From assembly GCF_001447785.1 (NCBI RefSeq), contig NW_015172593.1, forward strand, positions 298,811 to 362,810: a DNA stretch of 64,000 bases, in the 5' to 3' direction. The notes under the pieces are model-generated. The model searched no databases and was not told where the DNA came from. It saw only the letters and a list, made by a program, of their open reading frames with translations. Origin of the DNA: Gekko japonicus. Taxonomy: Eukaryota. This document shows, in pieces, positions 35,906 through 49,229 of this stretch. Each line of letters starts with the position of its first letter. Within the stretch, counting starts at the first letter, position 1. The position numbers and the translations under genes were made by a program.

Positions 35906-38487
35906 GTAAGTAAGGCGAGGGACTTGGCGGAGACAGATGGAAGTGGAATGGCTTGTTGTCCATCTCCTTGGCTGCGACGGGTGCCCCGGGCTACCTGTCT
36001 CTGGGCAGGGGCTGGCGCCGCCGACGTGCGTGGCACCTTCCGGAGCTTTTCTCCTGGGGTAGGGTTTGTCTGCCTGTCTCCCTTCCTCCAGATGTGGTGT
36101 GTTCCTCCCTGCACCTGCCAAGGTCCATGCGCGGCTGTCTGTTGTGCGGTTGTCTCTGTGCAGTTGTCTCCGTGCCGGTGTTCCTTCTGTCTATCGGTTC
36201 TCTGTATTGGACTTCTGTCTTCATGCTGTGTGTATGCGTGTGAGACTGAGCTTCGGGGTGGGGGGCTCTCTCCGTCTGCAGTTAGCATGCCAGCACATCT
36301 TAGCTGTGCGGCTCTTCCTTCCTCCATACCATTCGGCATGGCAGAGAACTTGCCTTGCTCTGCACACCTGTTCCGATGCATTGATGCTTTCTCTTTTGAT
36401 GCATTGATGCATCTTTCTCTTTTTTGGGGGGGGGAGGTATGTGTGTGAAACACTCCTGAGCATGGAGGCGGGGGGGGGGGCATGTGCTGCAGTGGGTATG
36501 AATGTGCTCTGTTCCCCTGTACAGCTGTGACTGATCAGGTATTGGGGAAGGGCTGTGGCTGGGCGGTAGAGTACCTGTTTTGCATGCAGAGGACCCCAGA
36601 TTTTATCATTGGCTTGGGAGCAGGTGTAAGGACTGAATCTGCCGAAGACCCTGGAGAGCCACTGCCAGTCACAAGAGCTGATATTGAGCTACATGAACCA
36701 GGGCTTGGCAGGGCATAAAGCAGCTTCATGTGTTGAGCTGTGGCTTGGTCAACATATGCAGCAGAATGAGGAGGTGACAGAGTGCTGAGGTGGTGGTAGG
36801 AAAAGGGACTGTACCATCTCAGACAGCGGGAGAGGGGATTGTATTTCTCAAAGGTACCCCCTACATTGATGATTCCCTATAAGTGAAAGATTTGCTCAGC
36901 ATGTGAAAAGCTAGGCTGGAACCATTCTTTTTGATGTGCTGTATTTAAAAAAAAAATGCAGGGAGTTTTTAGATGAAGGGGCTCACTGAAAATGTGATGC
37001 TTCCCCCACCCCAACAGTCTGGAGTGGTGCAGCCCATTCTGCCACCTCAGGAATCTTATCACCACGTTCTGCTGTTTGTAGAGACTATTTGGTACAACCA
37101 CTGCTGTGTGTGATCATACCTGGCACTATTCCATGTGAACCTTCACCCTCACCAGAGTCCATGAGTGCATCCTGTATGAGTGTCTCTGAAACAGAACATC
37201 CATCTGTGGTTTTTGTGAACACATGAAGCTGCCTTATACTTTATTTTATTTATTAGATTTTTTTAGTTGCCATTCTCCCAAAGGGTCTCGTGGTGACTTA
37301 CATTACAACCAATAAAGTAAAAACAGCATTAAAATAATTAACAAATAATTAACAGCATTAAAATATTAACATTAAAATATGTAGCTATCACGATACCACT
37401 GTTAAAACAGCCCAAACGCGTGGTTACCCTCCAAATGCCAACCTAAATAATTCAGCTTTGCATGCCCTGTAGAAACTAAACAAATCCGGCAGGGCATGGG
37501 TCGGAGTCAGATCAGACCCTTGTTCTGCCTAGGTTGGCATTTTCTACTGTGTATGTGACAGTGGCTCTCCAGGTTCTCAGGCTGAGTTCTTTCCCATCAC
37601 CTAGAACCTGGTCCTTTTAACAGGGGATGCTGGGGATTGAACCTGGGACCTTCAGCATGCAGAGCAGGTGCTCTGCCACTGAGCCACAGCCCCTCCCCTG
37701 ATAGCACTTGGTGGGGATAACCCGCTATCTCAGATGGCATGCTCCTCTCTCTGCTACTCTGCACTGGGGTGGGAATGCACTGCAGAATTTCTTGTCTGTA
37801 GTGGTGTATCTGCAATTTTATCGGTGTCTGATTTAATCGTGCACATGTATCTGAAACCAGAGGTGAGCATGGACCTTTCTTCAATTTTCCATACGTGAAT
37901 GTATCCCTGTGTGCAACTGCATGTATGGAGTCTTTTCTTGCTGTAGCACTTCTCGGCATCTGGACATGAGTGTTATATAATTCATTTGTACGCATTACAT
38001 TTGTACACCTACTTTGGTGTTTGTAGAGCAAGATTCGAGTCGAGTAGTACCTTAGAGGCCAACAATATTTCCAGGGCGTAAGCTTTCAAGATTCAAAGCT
38101 CCCTTCGTCAGCTACCAACAGTTTTGTGTTTGTGTAAGTGTACGCAGTGTGTGACTATTTACTACTTCTGGCCACATTGTTCAGCTTTGTTCTGTCAAGT
38201 TCCTATCTTTGAATAAAAACCCTTTGTGATGATCGTCATTGTACGGGGGAGACTTTTCCAAATTATCTTTTCATGAACTGTTTCTTAAAGGCTGGGGTTT
38301 TTGGCTTTAAAAAAAGACTTAATGATAGTATTATCTTAATTCTGCTACAGTTATTATGGTTGTTACGGAGCAGCATGTTGTGTGGGGGAGTGATCCGACA
38401 TAAAAGGAAGAGCAGGAAAAGGGGGAGTTCTGTAAAAAGTATTCAAAGCCTACAACAAACACTTAGTAGAAAGAAAATACCCATCAC

Positions 38488-38585
38488 TTACAGTGCAGTC
38501 CTAAGCAGAATTGCACTCTTGTGAGTCTACTGAAGCCAGCAGACTTAAGAGATGTATAAGTCTGCTTAGGGTTGCACTGTTAGTG
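38488..38585. repeat. Short palindromic (hairpin) MITE-like repeat
   Basis: acagtgcagtcctaagcaga ... tctgcttagggttgcactgt inverted arms; diverged relative near 7530-7610. Confidence 0.6.
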
Positions 38586-39374
38586 CCTCATTTCTGCACC
38601 AGAGATCTAGGCATCTTCTTCCTACGTTCTGCTTTTGAGAGATCTCATCTCTCTGCACTTGCGCTAGATCATGCTCTTTGGAGGTCTGGGGGGGGAAATG
38701 GAATCCTTTCTCTACAGGGGCCGTTGCTACTGATCTGACCACTCTGTGGACTGTTGTTCCCACCCTTGCTGTGGGCACCTGTTGGACAGCATCTGTGTCA
38801 ACATGAGTAAAGCATATCTCCTCATGTCATGGAACTGTTTGCTCCCTTGTTTTTTTCTTTCAGGAAACCCTTAAGGCTAAGCGTTACCCTCCGTTAGCTG
38901 TATGAACTTGGAAGCACTCATCTAGCAAAGAAGTTGTTTTTTTCCCTTAATTGTCAGGCAGGTCCTACTGACAGGCCATCCTAGAAGCCCCCCCCCCCCT
39001 CTCCGTTTCAAACAGGTGCTGCGTGCTCCTCCTCCGCTACCCCTGACAACACAGCACCTTTTAAAAATTGTGTGTGTTGGTGGGAAAGAGCAGGATGGCT
39101 TTCTCTCTCCTCCCCCCGCCCCAGTATTTTTCTGCTATGTTCCCATATGGATAACAAGACAGCCTTCGTGTTGTGTGACTAACATCCAGGGTGAATGAGG
39201 AAAAATACAGATGGGACGTTTGTTGCTTCGTTGTCTGGAAAGCTATGCTCACGCTGACTAACTCTGGGATGTGTGCCTGAGCCTCTGGCCCTGTGCCTGG
39301 TTCTGTTGTGGTTGTGTGTGTGTGTGTGTTTCTCCTGTTGGTTCAGGCACCCTTGGAGATACTTGCCGTGGTGC

Positions 39375-39573
39375 CAGTGTTCCTTCTAAGCTGAGTTAGT
39401 GTGAGCCAGCTCACAGTTTTTAAGCCTCTGACTCACAGTTTTCTTAGCTCAGGAAGGAGGGCTCCTGAGCAAACTAATTTATGCAGTAGCCAGATCACTC
39501 ACTCACAACTTTAATGCCAGGAGCTCGCAAAGTAGAATTTTTGTGCACAAGACCCCACAGAGAGGGAGCACTG
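39375..39573 (-). mobile_element. hAT-type MITE, same family
   Basis: TSD cgtggtgc. Confidence 0.85.
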
Positions 39574-40801
39574 CGTGGTGCCATTTCCCCATAGAAAACT
39601 GCCATGAAATGCCATGCAGTCATTGCTACAATAGGACGATATAACCATTTTTTAAAAAAGAAAATAAAAAGGGGGTGGGCTAATGGGCGTGGGAAAAGTG
39701 GGGAGGGGGGAAGGTAGGCGGGCTAGATCACTGCGAAGCAAAAGAAAAATCCTGGCAAACGAGGATCACGCTGATGCGGAGCAAATCGGGGAAAACTCCG
39801 GGCTAAAAGCAGGCTGCGAGTCAAGTGGTGTGAAATTGACAAGATGTACTGGAGGAAACAGAGGGTTCACCTCGGGCCAAAGTCTTGTGCGAAATCACCT
39901 TGTGTCTACCTTGGCTTTTGCTTGGAATCCTCTCTTTCTCTGCCTGGGCTTGTACCCTTCTGTGTACACAGAGCTATCTTTATGGGTTGTGTCTCTATGA
40001 GATCCATCACTGCACCAGCAGCTGAGAGTCAGATGGGCAGTCCCTTGACTTTTGCAGAGTTGCTGTGCGTGTATGACATGAACCGTGAACGCAAGGAGAT
40101 CTGATAACTGTACTTTTGAGTGGTGTATGGTCAATAAAGGGGGCAGAGGTAGGAGTTCCACAGCACAGTGTCTGCAGTTCAATCCCTGGTATCTCTCGTT
40201 AAAAAAAAAAAAATCTGGCATGGGGCTTCTACTGATGTCCTAGAAAATTGTTGGCATTTAGAGCAGGGATGTCAAACATAAGGCCTGGGGGCCGGAACCG
40301 GCCCATCCAGGGCTGTTATGTGGCCCTCAAGCAACTGGTACAAGGAAGGGAGTACTGGAGGGAGTGGGCGGAGCCACTGTTGTGGCTTCAGCATGGCCTT
40401 GCAGTGAGGATACATCAACTTGGAGCTGTCCTTTATACAGTTTCTATCTCTGGTACCTGGCATGACATTGTTTTCGCACACATGGCCTGGCCCGTTAAAG
40501 TGACATTTATGTCACCTCTGATTTAGAGTCTCCAGGACTGGTTTGCTGGAGCATCTGTTGCTGTTCACACTGGGGAGGAAGGGGTTAGAAAGCTCCTTTC
40601 CTGTCTGACCATAGTGTCAGGTCTGGATCAAATTCTGGAACTCCTATGCTAAAGACAAAAGCTCCCTGCAAACGAACAGTAGCTCAGCAAACAAAAAGAG
40701 AGAGGCTTGATGCTTCTTTCCTAGCTGTGCTGGCTTTCTGTTTTCAGGGAGTTCTTTTTTTTAATATAAAGGGACATTCAAAGCTGGAGTTCACCCCACA
40801 C

Positions 40802-41007
40802 CAGTGTTCCCTCTAAGCTGAGTGAGTGTGAGCTAGCTCACAGTTTTTTAGCCTCCGGCTCACACATTTTTGCCTTAGCTCAGGCAGGATGGCTCCAGAG
40901 CAAACTAATTTATGCAGCAGCCAAGTTGCTCACTCACAACTTTTATGCCAGGAGCTCACAAAGTAGCGTTTTTGCTCACAAGACTCCACAGCTTAGAGGG
41001 AACATTG
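40802..41007 (-). mobile_element. hAT-type MITE, same family
   Basis: TSD ccccacac. Confidence 0.85.
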
Positions 41008-41212
41008 CCCCACACAGCTGGAAATGTTGCAGTCCATTTTACCTCTTCATTCTCCAGCATGTGTGAACAAGGCTGGAGAGAGAGGGCAACCTTTTATACT
41101 TGTCACATGAGATCTGTGTAGCTCTGCCTCCTAACACTTTTGAAAGTTTGCCATCAGCAGCATCAAGAGTGAATGGCTGTGTGCCCTTGCAACACCAAGT
41201 TTACAGCTGGCA

Positions 41213-41625
41213 CCAGGGCTTTTTTTGTAGAAAAAGCACAGAAGGAACTCATTAGCATAATAGGCCACACCCAACAGCAGAAACCTATTAGCATATTAGG
41301 CCACACCCCTGACAGCACAGCTTTTTGGCAGAATAGGCCACACCCCATGTCTTTCCTTGGCTTGCCAGGGCGCCCCGCGGCTGTGCAGAGCCCGGGCAAG
41401 CTGGCCCTTGGACAGGCTGGGGAAGGTGTGGGGAGTCATTTAAATGCCACCCCGATCCTTCCAGGGCCCCCTGGCCTGCCCGCCTTGGAGTTGCTGGAGA
41501 GGGGGGTGATCTCCAGGCCTTCCCTCTGTAGCCACACATGCAGAGGTTTTGGCTGTAGTGGGCGTGGCCAACTCTGAAGTCAGCCGGAACTCCGTTCCTG
41601 TGCGTTCCTGCCCAAAAATAGCCCT
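41213..41625. mobile_element. hAT-type MITE (CAGGGCT TIR)
   Basis: cagggctttttt...aaaatagccctg; TSD g(c/t)tggcac. Confidence 0.7.
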
Positions 41626-42177
41626 GGTTGGCACTACCAAACATGGTTGGCTCACCCACCTAGGAGACTGGGGGGGAGGGCCTCAGAGACTCACCAATGC
41701 CCTTTCCAGCTGCAGAACTGGAAGTGGCATCATCACGTTGCTGGGCACTCAAGGATGAACGCGGTGATGTCACTTTAGGTTGTGCAGCTAGAAATGGCAT
41801 TGTGGGATACCTTTCTAGCCCTTCCATTTCCACCACAATGATTTTTGGAGCAAAGATGGGCAGTAGAGGGAATTCCTGCCCTCAGCAATCACTTGGCAAC
41901 CCTACCATATAGTGCTCCCCCCCCCCCATATTTTTCCTGATCCTGGGAACAGGGCCTGCCCCACCCAACAGGCAGGGACCACCTTTGGATTTTCCAAATC
42001 AAACTGGAAACTAAGTATAGGGGGTATTACTTTAACACAGTGATACTTAACCCATGGTTCGGGAGCCTCTTGTGGCTCTTTGACATGAAACCTGTGGCTC
42101 TTCCCCAATGTGGCACCCTTCCCATGTTTAGGGTTGCCAACCTCCAGGTGAGACCTGGAGATTTTTGCTGTTACAGC

Positions 42178-43093
42178 CAAAGTTCCCTCTAAGCTGTGGA
42201 GTCTTGTGAGCAAAAGTTCTACTTGGTGAGCTACTGGCATCAAAGTTGTGAGCAAGTGATTTGGCTGCCGCATCAATTCGTTTGCTCTGGAGCCATCCTT
42301 CCTGAGCGAAGACAAACAATGTGTGAGCCAGAGGCTAACAAACTGTGAGCTAGCTCACACTAACTCAGCTTAGAGGGAACACTAACTCAGCTTAGAGGGA
42401 ACACTGACTCCAACCCTTGCAAGAGTATATTTGATTCCCACCACAAGCTTTGTTAGAACGAGTCCAAATGCATTCATTCAGAAAAGTCTATAGCTTGTTA
42501 CTACAATTCCTTTCCCTCAATTCTTTTTATCATTGGAAGTCCTTCTCTTAGTGCCGTCACCTATAGAAGTAAGGTGAATAGTAATCACGGACAGAGCTTT
42601 CTAAGTAGCAGTTGCCCCAGTTGTTGGAACATCTTCCCCAATGCAGGCTGCCTGGTAACTATTTTACTGGCTTTTAATTTAAACACAAAGGGAAACATTC
42701 CTCTTCACCCATCCTTTCAGCTAGCTGACACCTTTCTGGGATTTTCATACCACTCTCTATGGCTAGCCTTCTGTTTACAAATAACTTTTATATTGCTGGT
42801 TTTACTGACTGTTTTCACTGCTGCAAGTTTTAGTGTCTGGATCTTAAAAGTTATTTTAAATTAACCATATTACTTATTGTTTTATCATCACTGTTAGCCA
42901 CTTCCAGCAAGATTTTTAGAAATGCAGGATAGAAATATTCTAAGTAAAATAATACTGACCCTAAAGGATAAGATGCGCAATACTGACTTCTGGCTCTGGA
43001 GCCATCCTTCCTGAGCGAAGACAAACAATGTGTGAGCCAGAGGCTAACAAACTGTGAGCTAGCTCACACTAACTCAACTTAGAGGGAACACTG
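42178..43093 (+). mobile_element. Composite hAT MITE carrying about 590 bp copied from ARPC4 intron 5
   Basis: TIRs at both ends; TSD gttacagc/gttacaac; internal 42426-42995 is about 97% identical (by eye) to 7854-8420. Confidence 0.88.
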
Positions 43094-43907
43094 GTTACAA
43101 CTGATCTCCAGGCAATAGAGATCACTTCCTCTGGAGAAAATGGGGGCTTTGGAGGGTGGACTCTATGGCATTGCACCCTGTTGAGGTCCTGCCCCTCCAC
43201 AAACCCTGCCCTTCCCCAGGCTACGCCCCCCAAATCTCCAGGTATTTCTCAATCCAGAGCTGGAAACCGAACGCCGTGTTCCAGGAAAGGTCATTGCCCG
43301 GTAGGCAGATAGTTCCTGCTTTGAAATAGCTGCAGCTGGAGGGAGTGGAGGACAGCTAAGCCGTGAGCCTCCCTGAGGTGTAGCCCTCATTCTAGAGGTG
43401 GAAGAAGGCCTGCCCTCTCCAATAACCACCCCACCCCTCAGCCTCTGCGCTCTCATCCCAGCACCCGGCAACTGCCAGGAGGAGACCAAGCTGACTGCAG
43501 AGAAAAAGAGAGTTCGACTACCACCATGGCAGCCATCCAAGAAAAAGAGGCACCTGGCCACAGTAGGCTGGCTTCCTCCACAGCCAGCTGGCCCTCCTCC
43601 AGGGGCCTTGGCAATCTCATGCTCACCCGACCTGCTGTGCCTCAGGCTGAGGAGAAAGAGAGCGGGAAGGCAGAGAGGGAAGCCCTTCCCCTCACGCCTG
43701 GTACACAAGGGCTGGTGAAGGGTGAGGACTCAGGGGCAACCTGAGTTGTTATTTATGTGTTTATTTTTATGTAAGCCGCCCACAGGGAGGGCAGGGTATA
43801 AATTGAACAAATAAATAAATAAACCCTTAATGTGCGGCGGTATTCTAGTATAGTTTTTTTAAACGTTATAGTTACACACACACACACACACATATATATA
43901 ACACCTA

Positions 43908-44250
43908 TAAAGGTAAAGGTAAAGGTTCCCCTGCTCGAAAGCCAGTCGAATCCGACTCTTGGGTTGCGGTGCTCATCTCCGTTTCCAAGCCGAAGATCCA
44001 GCGCTGTCCGAAGACGTTTCCGTGGTCATGTGGTCGGCATGACTAAACACCAAGGCGCACGGAACGCTGTTACCTTCCCACCGAAGTGGTACCTGTTTAT
44101 CTACTTGCAATTTCTTGCTTTCAAACTGCTAGGTTGGCAGGAGCTGGAACTAGAGATGGGAGCTCACTCTATCATGTGGCACCCGGGTCTCGAACTGCTG
44201 AACTACACAGCCTGCAGTTCAGCGTCTTAACCACTTGAGCCACTACAGCT
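43908..44250 (-). mobile_element. Sauria SINE, full length
   Basis: Reverse complement of the 11533-11880 element with aaggtaaaggtaaagg tail. Confidence 0.9.
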
Positions 44251-44574
44251 CCTATATAACTATATTCATAGTTATATTACTGTGTGTGTGTTTGGTGGGC
44301 GGCACACATTCCCCATGGGGCTCTTTTGGTTGCAGGTAGTTGCAAAAATAGCTGTCCGTTAGGGATGCCAGCCTCCAGATGGGACCTGGGGATCTCCTGG
44401 AATTGTGGTTCAACTCCAGACTACAGTGATCAGTTGCCCTGGAGAAAATGGATGCTTTGGAGGGTGGACTCTCTGGCATTGTACTCCACTGAGGTCCCTT
44501 GTCCTCCCCAGGCTCCACCCCCAAAATCTCTGGGAGTTTCCCAACCTGAAGCTGGCAATGCTACCTCCCACCAC

Positions 44575-44780
44575 CAGTGTTCCCTCTAAGCTGAGTTAGT
44601 GTGAGCTAGCTCACAGGTTTTTAGCCTCCGGCTCACACATGTTTGCTTTAGCTCAGGAAGGACGGCTCCAGAGCAAACTAATTCATGCAGCGGCCAAATC
44701 GCTTGCTCACAACTTTAATGCCAGTAGCTCACAAAGTAGAATTTTTGCTCCCAAGACTCCACAGCTTAGAGTGAACAGTG
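44575..44780 (-). mobile_element. hAT-type MITE, same family
   Basis: TSD cccaccac. Confidence 0.85.
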
Positions 44781-46330
44781 CCCACCACCGCCTCACCAGT
44801 GGCCAGGAGGGGGGACCTGGCAGTACCACCGCTCTAGCATTTCTAGCTTTATATGCTTCCCCTGCCCTGAACTTCAAATCCGGCTTTCAATCAGCAGTAG
44901 CTAAGTCCGTAAATGAGGATGATGGTGCTGTCTCCCCCCCCCCCCCCCCCCCCCGCCCAAGTTTTTTGCCCTAGAAAGCCTTGTGGTGCACCATCGACTT
45001 AAGCAGGCTTTCCCATATTCAGGCTGGGGTGGATCACTAGGCTGAAGGCAACAGTGTCTGCTTTTTGGTTTTCTGTTTACCTGTCTTCTTCAGACTCTAA
45101 TTTTCCTGACTCTCCCAGTGCTGGAGGAATCATAGGTGCCAAGGAGGATGTGACAATGGATGGAGAAAGGAAGCCGGCCTGGTCCTCACACCTGTCTCTC
45201 TCCCCCGCCCCCCCAGCATCTGGGGAGAGGATGATTTGGACAGGAAAATGGTCGTGAGAGAAACAGCTAAGCAATCCCTGCCCCCCCCCACTCCCCCATT
45301 CTTCTGTTCAAATTAATAGTCTCCCACAGCGGCTTTTCATTTAAAAAAAAATCCCATCAAAAGATTTTTATATGCATCTAATGCGTAGCGTCTAGTTTGG
45401 GTGGAACCACACTGCCAGCCCTCCATCCCTCGCTTAGTTCAAGACATGATACTCATTAAAAATTAGCTGCTGCCTAGGAATAAAAAGGGTTCCCCCCCCC
45501 CCTGAAATTATACAACCGGACACCATTGACTCATGAACGTCATCTGATTCAGATCATTTCTATCCTACCCTTTCCTACGTAAAACAGAGGCTCAAGGTGG
45601 CCTGCTAATTTAAAAACAGATATCATAACAATAAAATAAGAATACAGCGAGCCCAACATAAAGAGCCAACAAGCTGTCCCCTGATTCTCATCAGACCTGG
45701 CCTTGACAGTGCTTTCTTCGCTAAGCTCTGGTCTTTGCCATTTACTTCTTACATTTGGATTGCAAATGGTCATTTTAGCTGCTAGGTGCCTGGGCTGGAT
45801 CATTCCACGAGGGGAATAATGTTACCCTGGGTGGTAAAGATGCCATTCAGCCATAGGTGGTTAATTCGTCTGGATGCATGTTGGTTTTAAATGGTCTGTT
45901 GATGTTTTGAATTCTTTCTTCTTCTTCTTTTAAATAGCCGTGATGCAAACATTTCTGCCCGGGTGGCAACCTGACTGCATGGAATGAAAAAATGACTGAT
46001 TTTCCTCTGTGTATCTTATACCTGTAGAATAGACTGAAGTCTGGAAAGATGATGAATATATGCATGGAAGTGTAGAGAAAGGAATTGTGGATAGGGATGC
46101 CAGCCTCCAGGAGGGATCGGGGGATCCCCGGAATTACAGCTCCTCTCCAGACTACACAGATGAGTTCCCCTGGAGAATATGTATGCTTTGGAGGGAAGAC
46201 TGTATGGCATTGTACCCCACTGAGGTCCCTGTTCTCCCCAGACTCCACCCCCCAAATCTCCAGGGGTTCCCCAACCTAGATCTGGCACCCCTACCCCCCA
46301 TCCCCCACCGGTGGCCAGGTGGGACCTGAC

Positions 46331-46536
46331 TAATGTTCCCTCTAAGCTGTGGAGTCCTGTGAGTAAAAAGTCTACCTTGTGAGCTACTGGCATTAAAGTT
46401 GTGAGTGAGCAATTTGGCCACTGCATAAATTAGTTTGCTCTGGAGCCATCCTTCCTGCGCTAAGGCAAACATCTGCGAGCTGGAGGCTAAAAAACTGTGA
46501 GCTAGCTCACACTAGCTCAGCTTAGAGGGAACACTG
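46331..46536 (+). mobile_element. hAT-type MITE, same family
   Basis: TSD gacctgac. Confidence 0.85.
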
Positions 46537-47284
46537 GACCTGACAACCCTAGAACTTGTGGAACTTGGAGAGAGGTAGAGGTTTGGCTCTTGTTAGGGAG
46601 CCGTGAGTGGCCCTACCTAAGTGGAAGCTAAAACAACTACTCCTGTTCCTTAAATTCACACAGACAGTTATATTCATTTTAACACATGGACTTTAATGCT
46701 TTCTTCACACATAGCCAACTACGTGTTCAGAAGAACAGCATGCTGTGGTCCTCCCGGGATAATGCCATTTCAGAATGCTGGTGGCAGATTGTAGTTTTGA
46801 ACATCTGAAGGTCCTGCAGATGGAAAGCCATCATATTAGGAGTCTTGTGGCACCTTAAAAATCCACGTGTTTGATCTGGCATAAGCTTTTGTGGACTAGA
46901 ACATGCTTTGTCAGATGTTGTGGTCCTTGAAAGCTGATGCTAGAATAAAAGCTTATGAGTCTTTACAGCGCCACATAAGCAGAGGCTAACCCTAGAACCT
47001 TTCTTTCAGACATGCCAGCTCTCATGGGCAAAATTTTTTTGATGCATGGAAGCATTCCAAAGAATTGTGTATGTAGATTGGCCCTGAGAGAATAAAGACC
47101 TCTCTTTAAAGAGGAACAGCCTTCAAACTGATTCACTGAATGCAACCTTCCTGCGCAGGAGGGAAAAACAGTATTACGTAATTCTGTTTTTTAGAGCATG
47201 TGTGAACAGTATGTATTTTTAACTGAAATCAGCCTTTCCTTCTGTGGCAGACGTACAGGCAACAAGAAGTACAGGCTTCCAGTG

Positions 47285-48110
47285 GAGTAATGGATCCGGT
47301 TCAAGGTGTTGGTGTTGACCTTTAAGGCCCTTAATGGCCAGGGACCTACATATCTTCGGGACCGCCTCTCCTGGAGAGCCTTGCACTCTGTTGATCAACA
47401 TTTGCTGGTGGTCCCTGGCCCAAGAGAAATCCAGATGTACTCAAACAGGGCCAGGGCCTTTTCTGCCCTGGCCTCAACCTGGTGGAACTGTCTGCCAAGT
47501 TCCATCTGGGCCCTGCGGGACTTATTATGGTTCCGCAGGGTTTGTAAGGCAGAGATGTTCCACCAGGCATTTGCCTGACGGTGGCAACAGTTCCATCTTG
47601 ACTAGGATTGCCAAGTAGGGGCGGGGGGCGGGGAAACCCCCGCTTTGGAGGCCCGATTTCCGCGGCGGAATCGGGCCCTGGGGGAAACTCCCCCCCCCGA
47701 AGCTACGTCACCAGGGGTGACGCAGCCACATCGCTCACGTTGGGGGCGTGGCCACGCCCCCAGCGTGAGCGACGTAGCACATCACTTCCTGTGACGTGCT
47801 GGTGGCGCACGCGTGTCCTGGAGGAGCTCCCGGAGCCCGGCAAGACTGCCCCGCTGCCAAGGGTAAGTACACTTGGCAACCCTAATCTTGACACTCCCAC
47901 CTCCACTTTTTTCACACACACACATACACACCACGAGATAGTGACACCATCAGGACTCAGAAACCATCTTGGGTTTTTTTCTATAATCGAATGTTTTATT
48001 GTTTGCTATCTTGGTTTTAATTGTTCTTTTTCTGGTATTATATCACTGTAAACCACCCTGAGCCCGGATTCTGGGAAGGGCGGTCAAAAATCCAATAAAT
48101 AATAATAAAG
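47285..48110 (+). mobile_element. L2-clade LINE 3' end, interrupted by a hAT MITE
   Basis: VLTFKALNGQGPTYLRDRL..RAFSALASTWWNCLP; tail gtaaaccaccctgagccc...aataaataataataaa. Confidence 0.8.
47603..47884. mobile_element. CpG-rich hAT-type MITE (TAGG(G/A)TTGCCAAG TIR)
   Basis: taggattgccaag...cttggcaacccta; perfect 8-bp TSD atcttgac. Confidence 0.85.
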
Positions 48111-49146
48111 CACTTCAGGCACAAATGCACCTTTCCTTTGTACAGCCTTTGCAGAAGCCCCCATTGCGGCTTGCTTATGTTTGTGTGAGTGCTGGCTGAA
48201 TCGCCGATCAAGCATGGGGTCTGGTCCTTAAGGGGTGGTGGTGGAGAGAATGGGCAAGTCTGCCCCCAGGAGATGCAGGGTAGGGCAAAAACAGGAACTG
48301 TGTTTTCAGTGTTGTGAGAACTATGGCTGTTGTCATGGAGATAGCAGTAATGTTACTAAATAGGCTAAAGTCTATGCTTAAGGGCATAACAGTGAAGAAT
48401 AATGGAGAGGAATGGGGTGAGATGAGCTGAAGCAAAATAAGACCTTAGCTGTGTCTGTGGTCACAGCTACACCCGCTTTTGGAAAGGCCGCATGGTCCTT
48501 GCACAGGCACCTCTGAGGTCACAGAGGGTAGCGGTAAAAAGTGAAGTGCTTAGGGGAACTTGGTAGATTTTGGGATAGGAATACCGATGTCTGCAAGTAA
48601 ACTATTTATAACTAAGCTGCTTCTCTTAAGAATGTCCATTTGTTGATGTAGATCAACAGCCTTTGGATTGGAGCCTTTTGCTGGGAAGGAACAGGTAGCT
48701 GCAGCTCTGTATGAATGTGATGAACTGAGGGTCAAAACACAGAGTATGCTTTCCTCAGGTAGGTCCCTGGGCCTAGTCGACAGGCTTGGTCTTGGAGGTC
48801 TGTGTTGCCAGGCATGTATGGGCCTGATTCAGATTGGGCCCATAATTTGTGGGGAGAGGGGGCAATAAGCCTTCTCCCCACACTGTGTTCCTGACCTTAA
48901 ATAGCACTGGATAATTATTTTTTGCCCCATTGAAGAAACTTGACAGGTACTGATGGGCTACGTGGAACTTTCCCCAGTGGGACAAATAGTAGTACCCTGT
49001 TGTCTTTTCAGTTCCCTGGAGGGAAATAATGCAGGTGAAGGTTTAAATCCCCTCACCCTATGTGTTGTGGTCTGGTTCTGAATTGGACCTGCATACACCT
49101 GAGAACTCACAGACCACACCTGTCAACCATGGTTCCCTCTAAGGTG

Positions 49147-49195
49147 AACGGATTCGACTGTATGTGTAGCAAGGGAACCTTTACCTTTACCTTTT
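49147..49195 (+). mobile_element. Severely 5'-truncated Sauria SINE/RTE tail flanked by a 53-bp direct repeat
   Basis: gcaagggaacctttacctttacc tail; repeat copies at 49094-49146 and 49196-49248. Confidence 0.75.
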
Positions 49196-49229
49196 TACAC
49201 CTGAGAACTCACAGACCACACCTGTCAAC

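Noticed and set aside
35402-36483. Several 240-250 aa ORFs
   Set aside because: By-products of the GC-rich CAMK1 CpG island.
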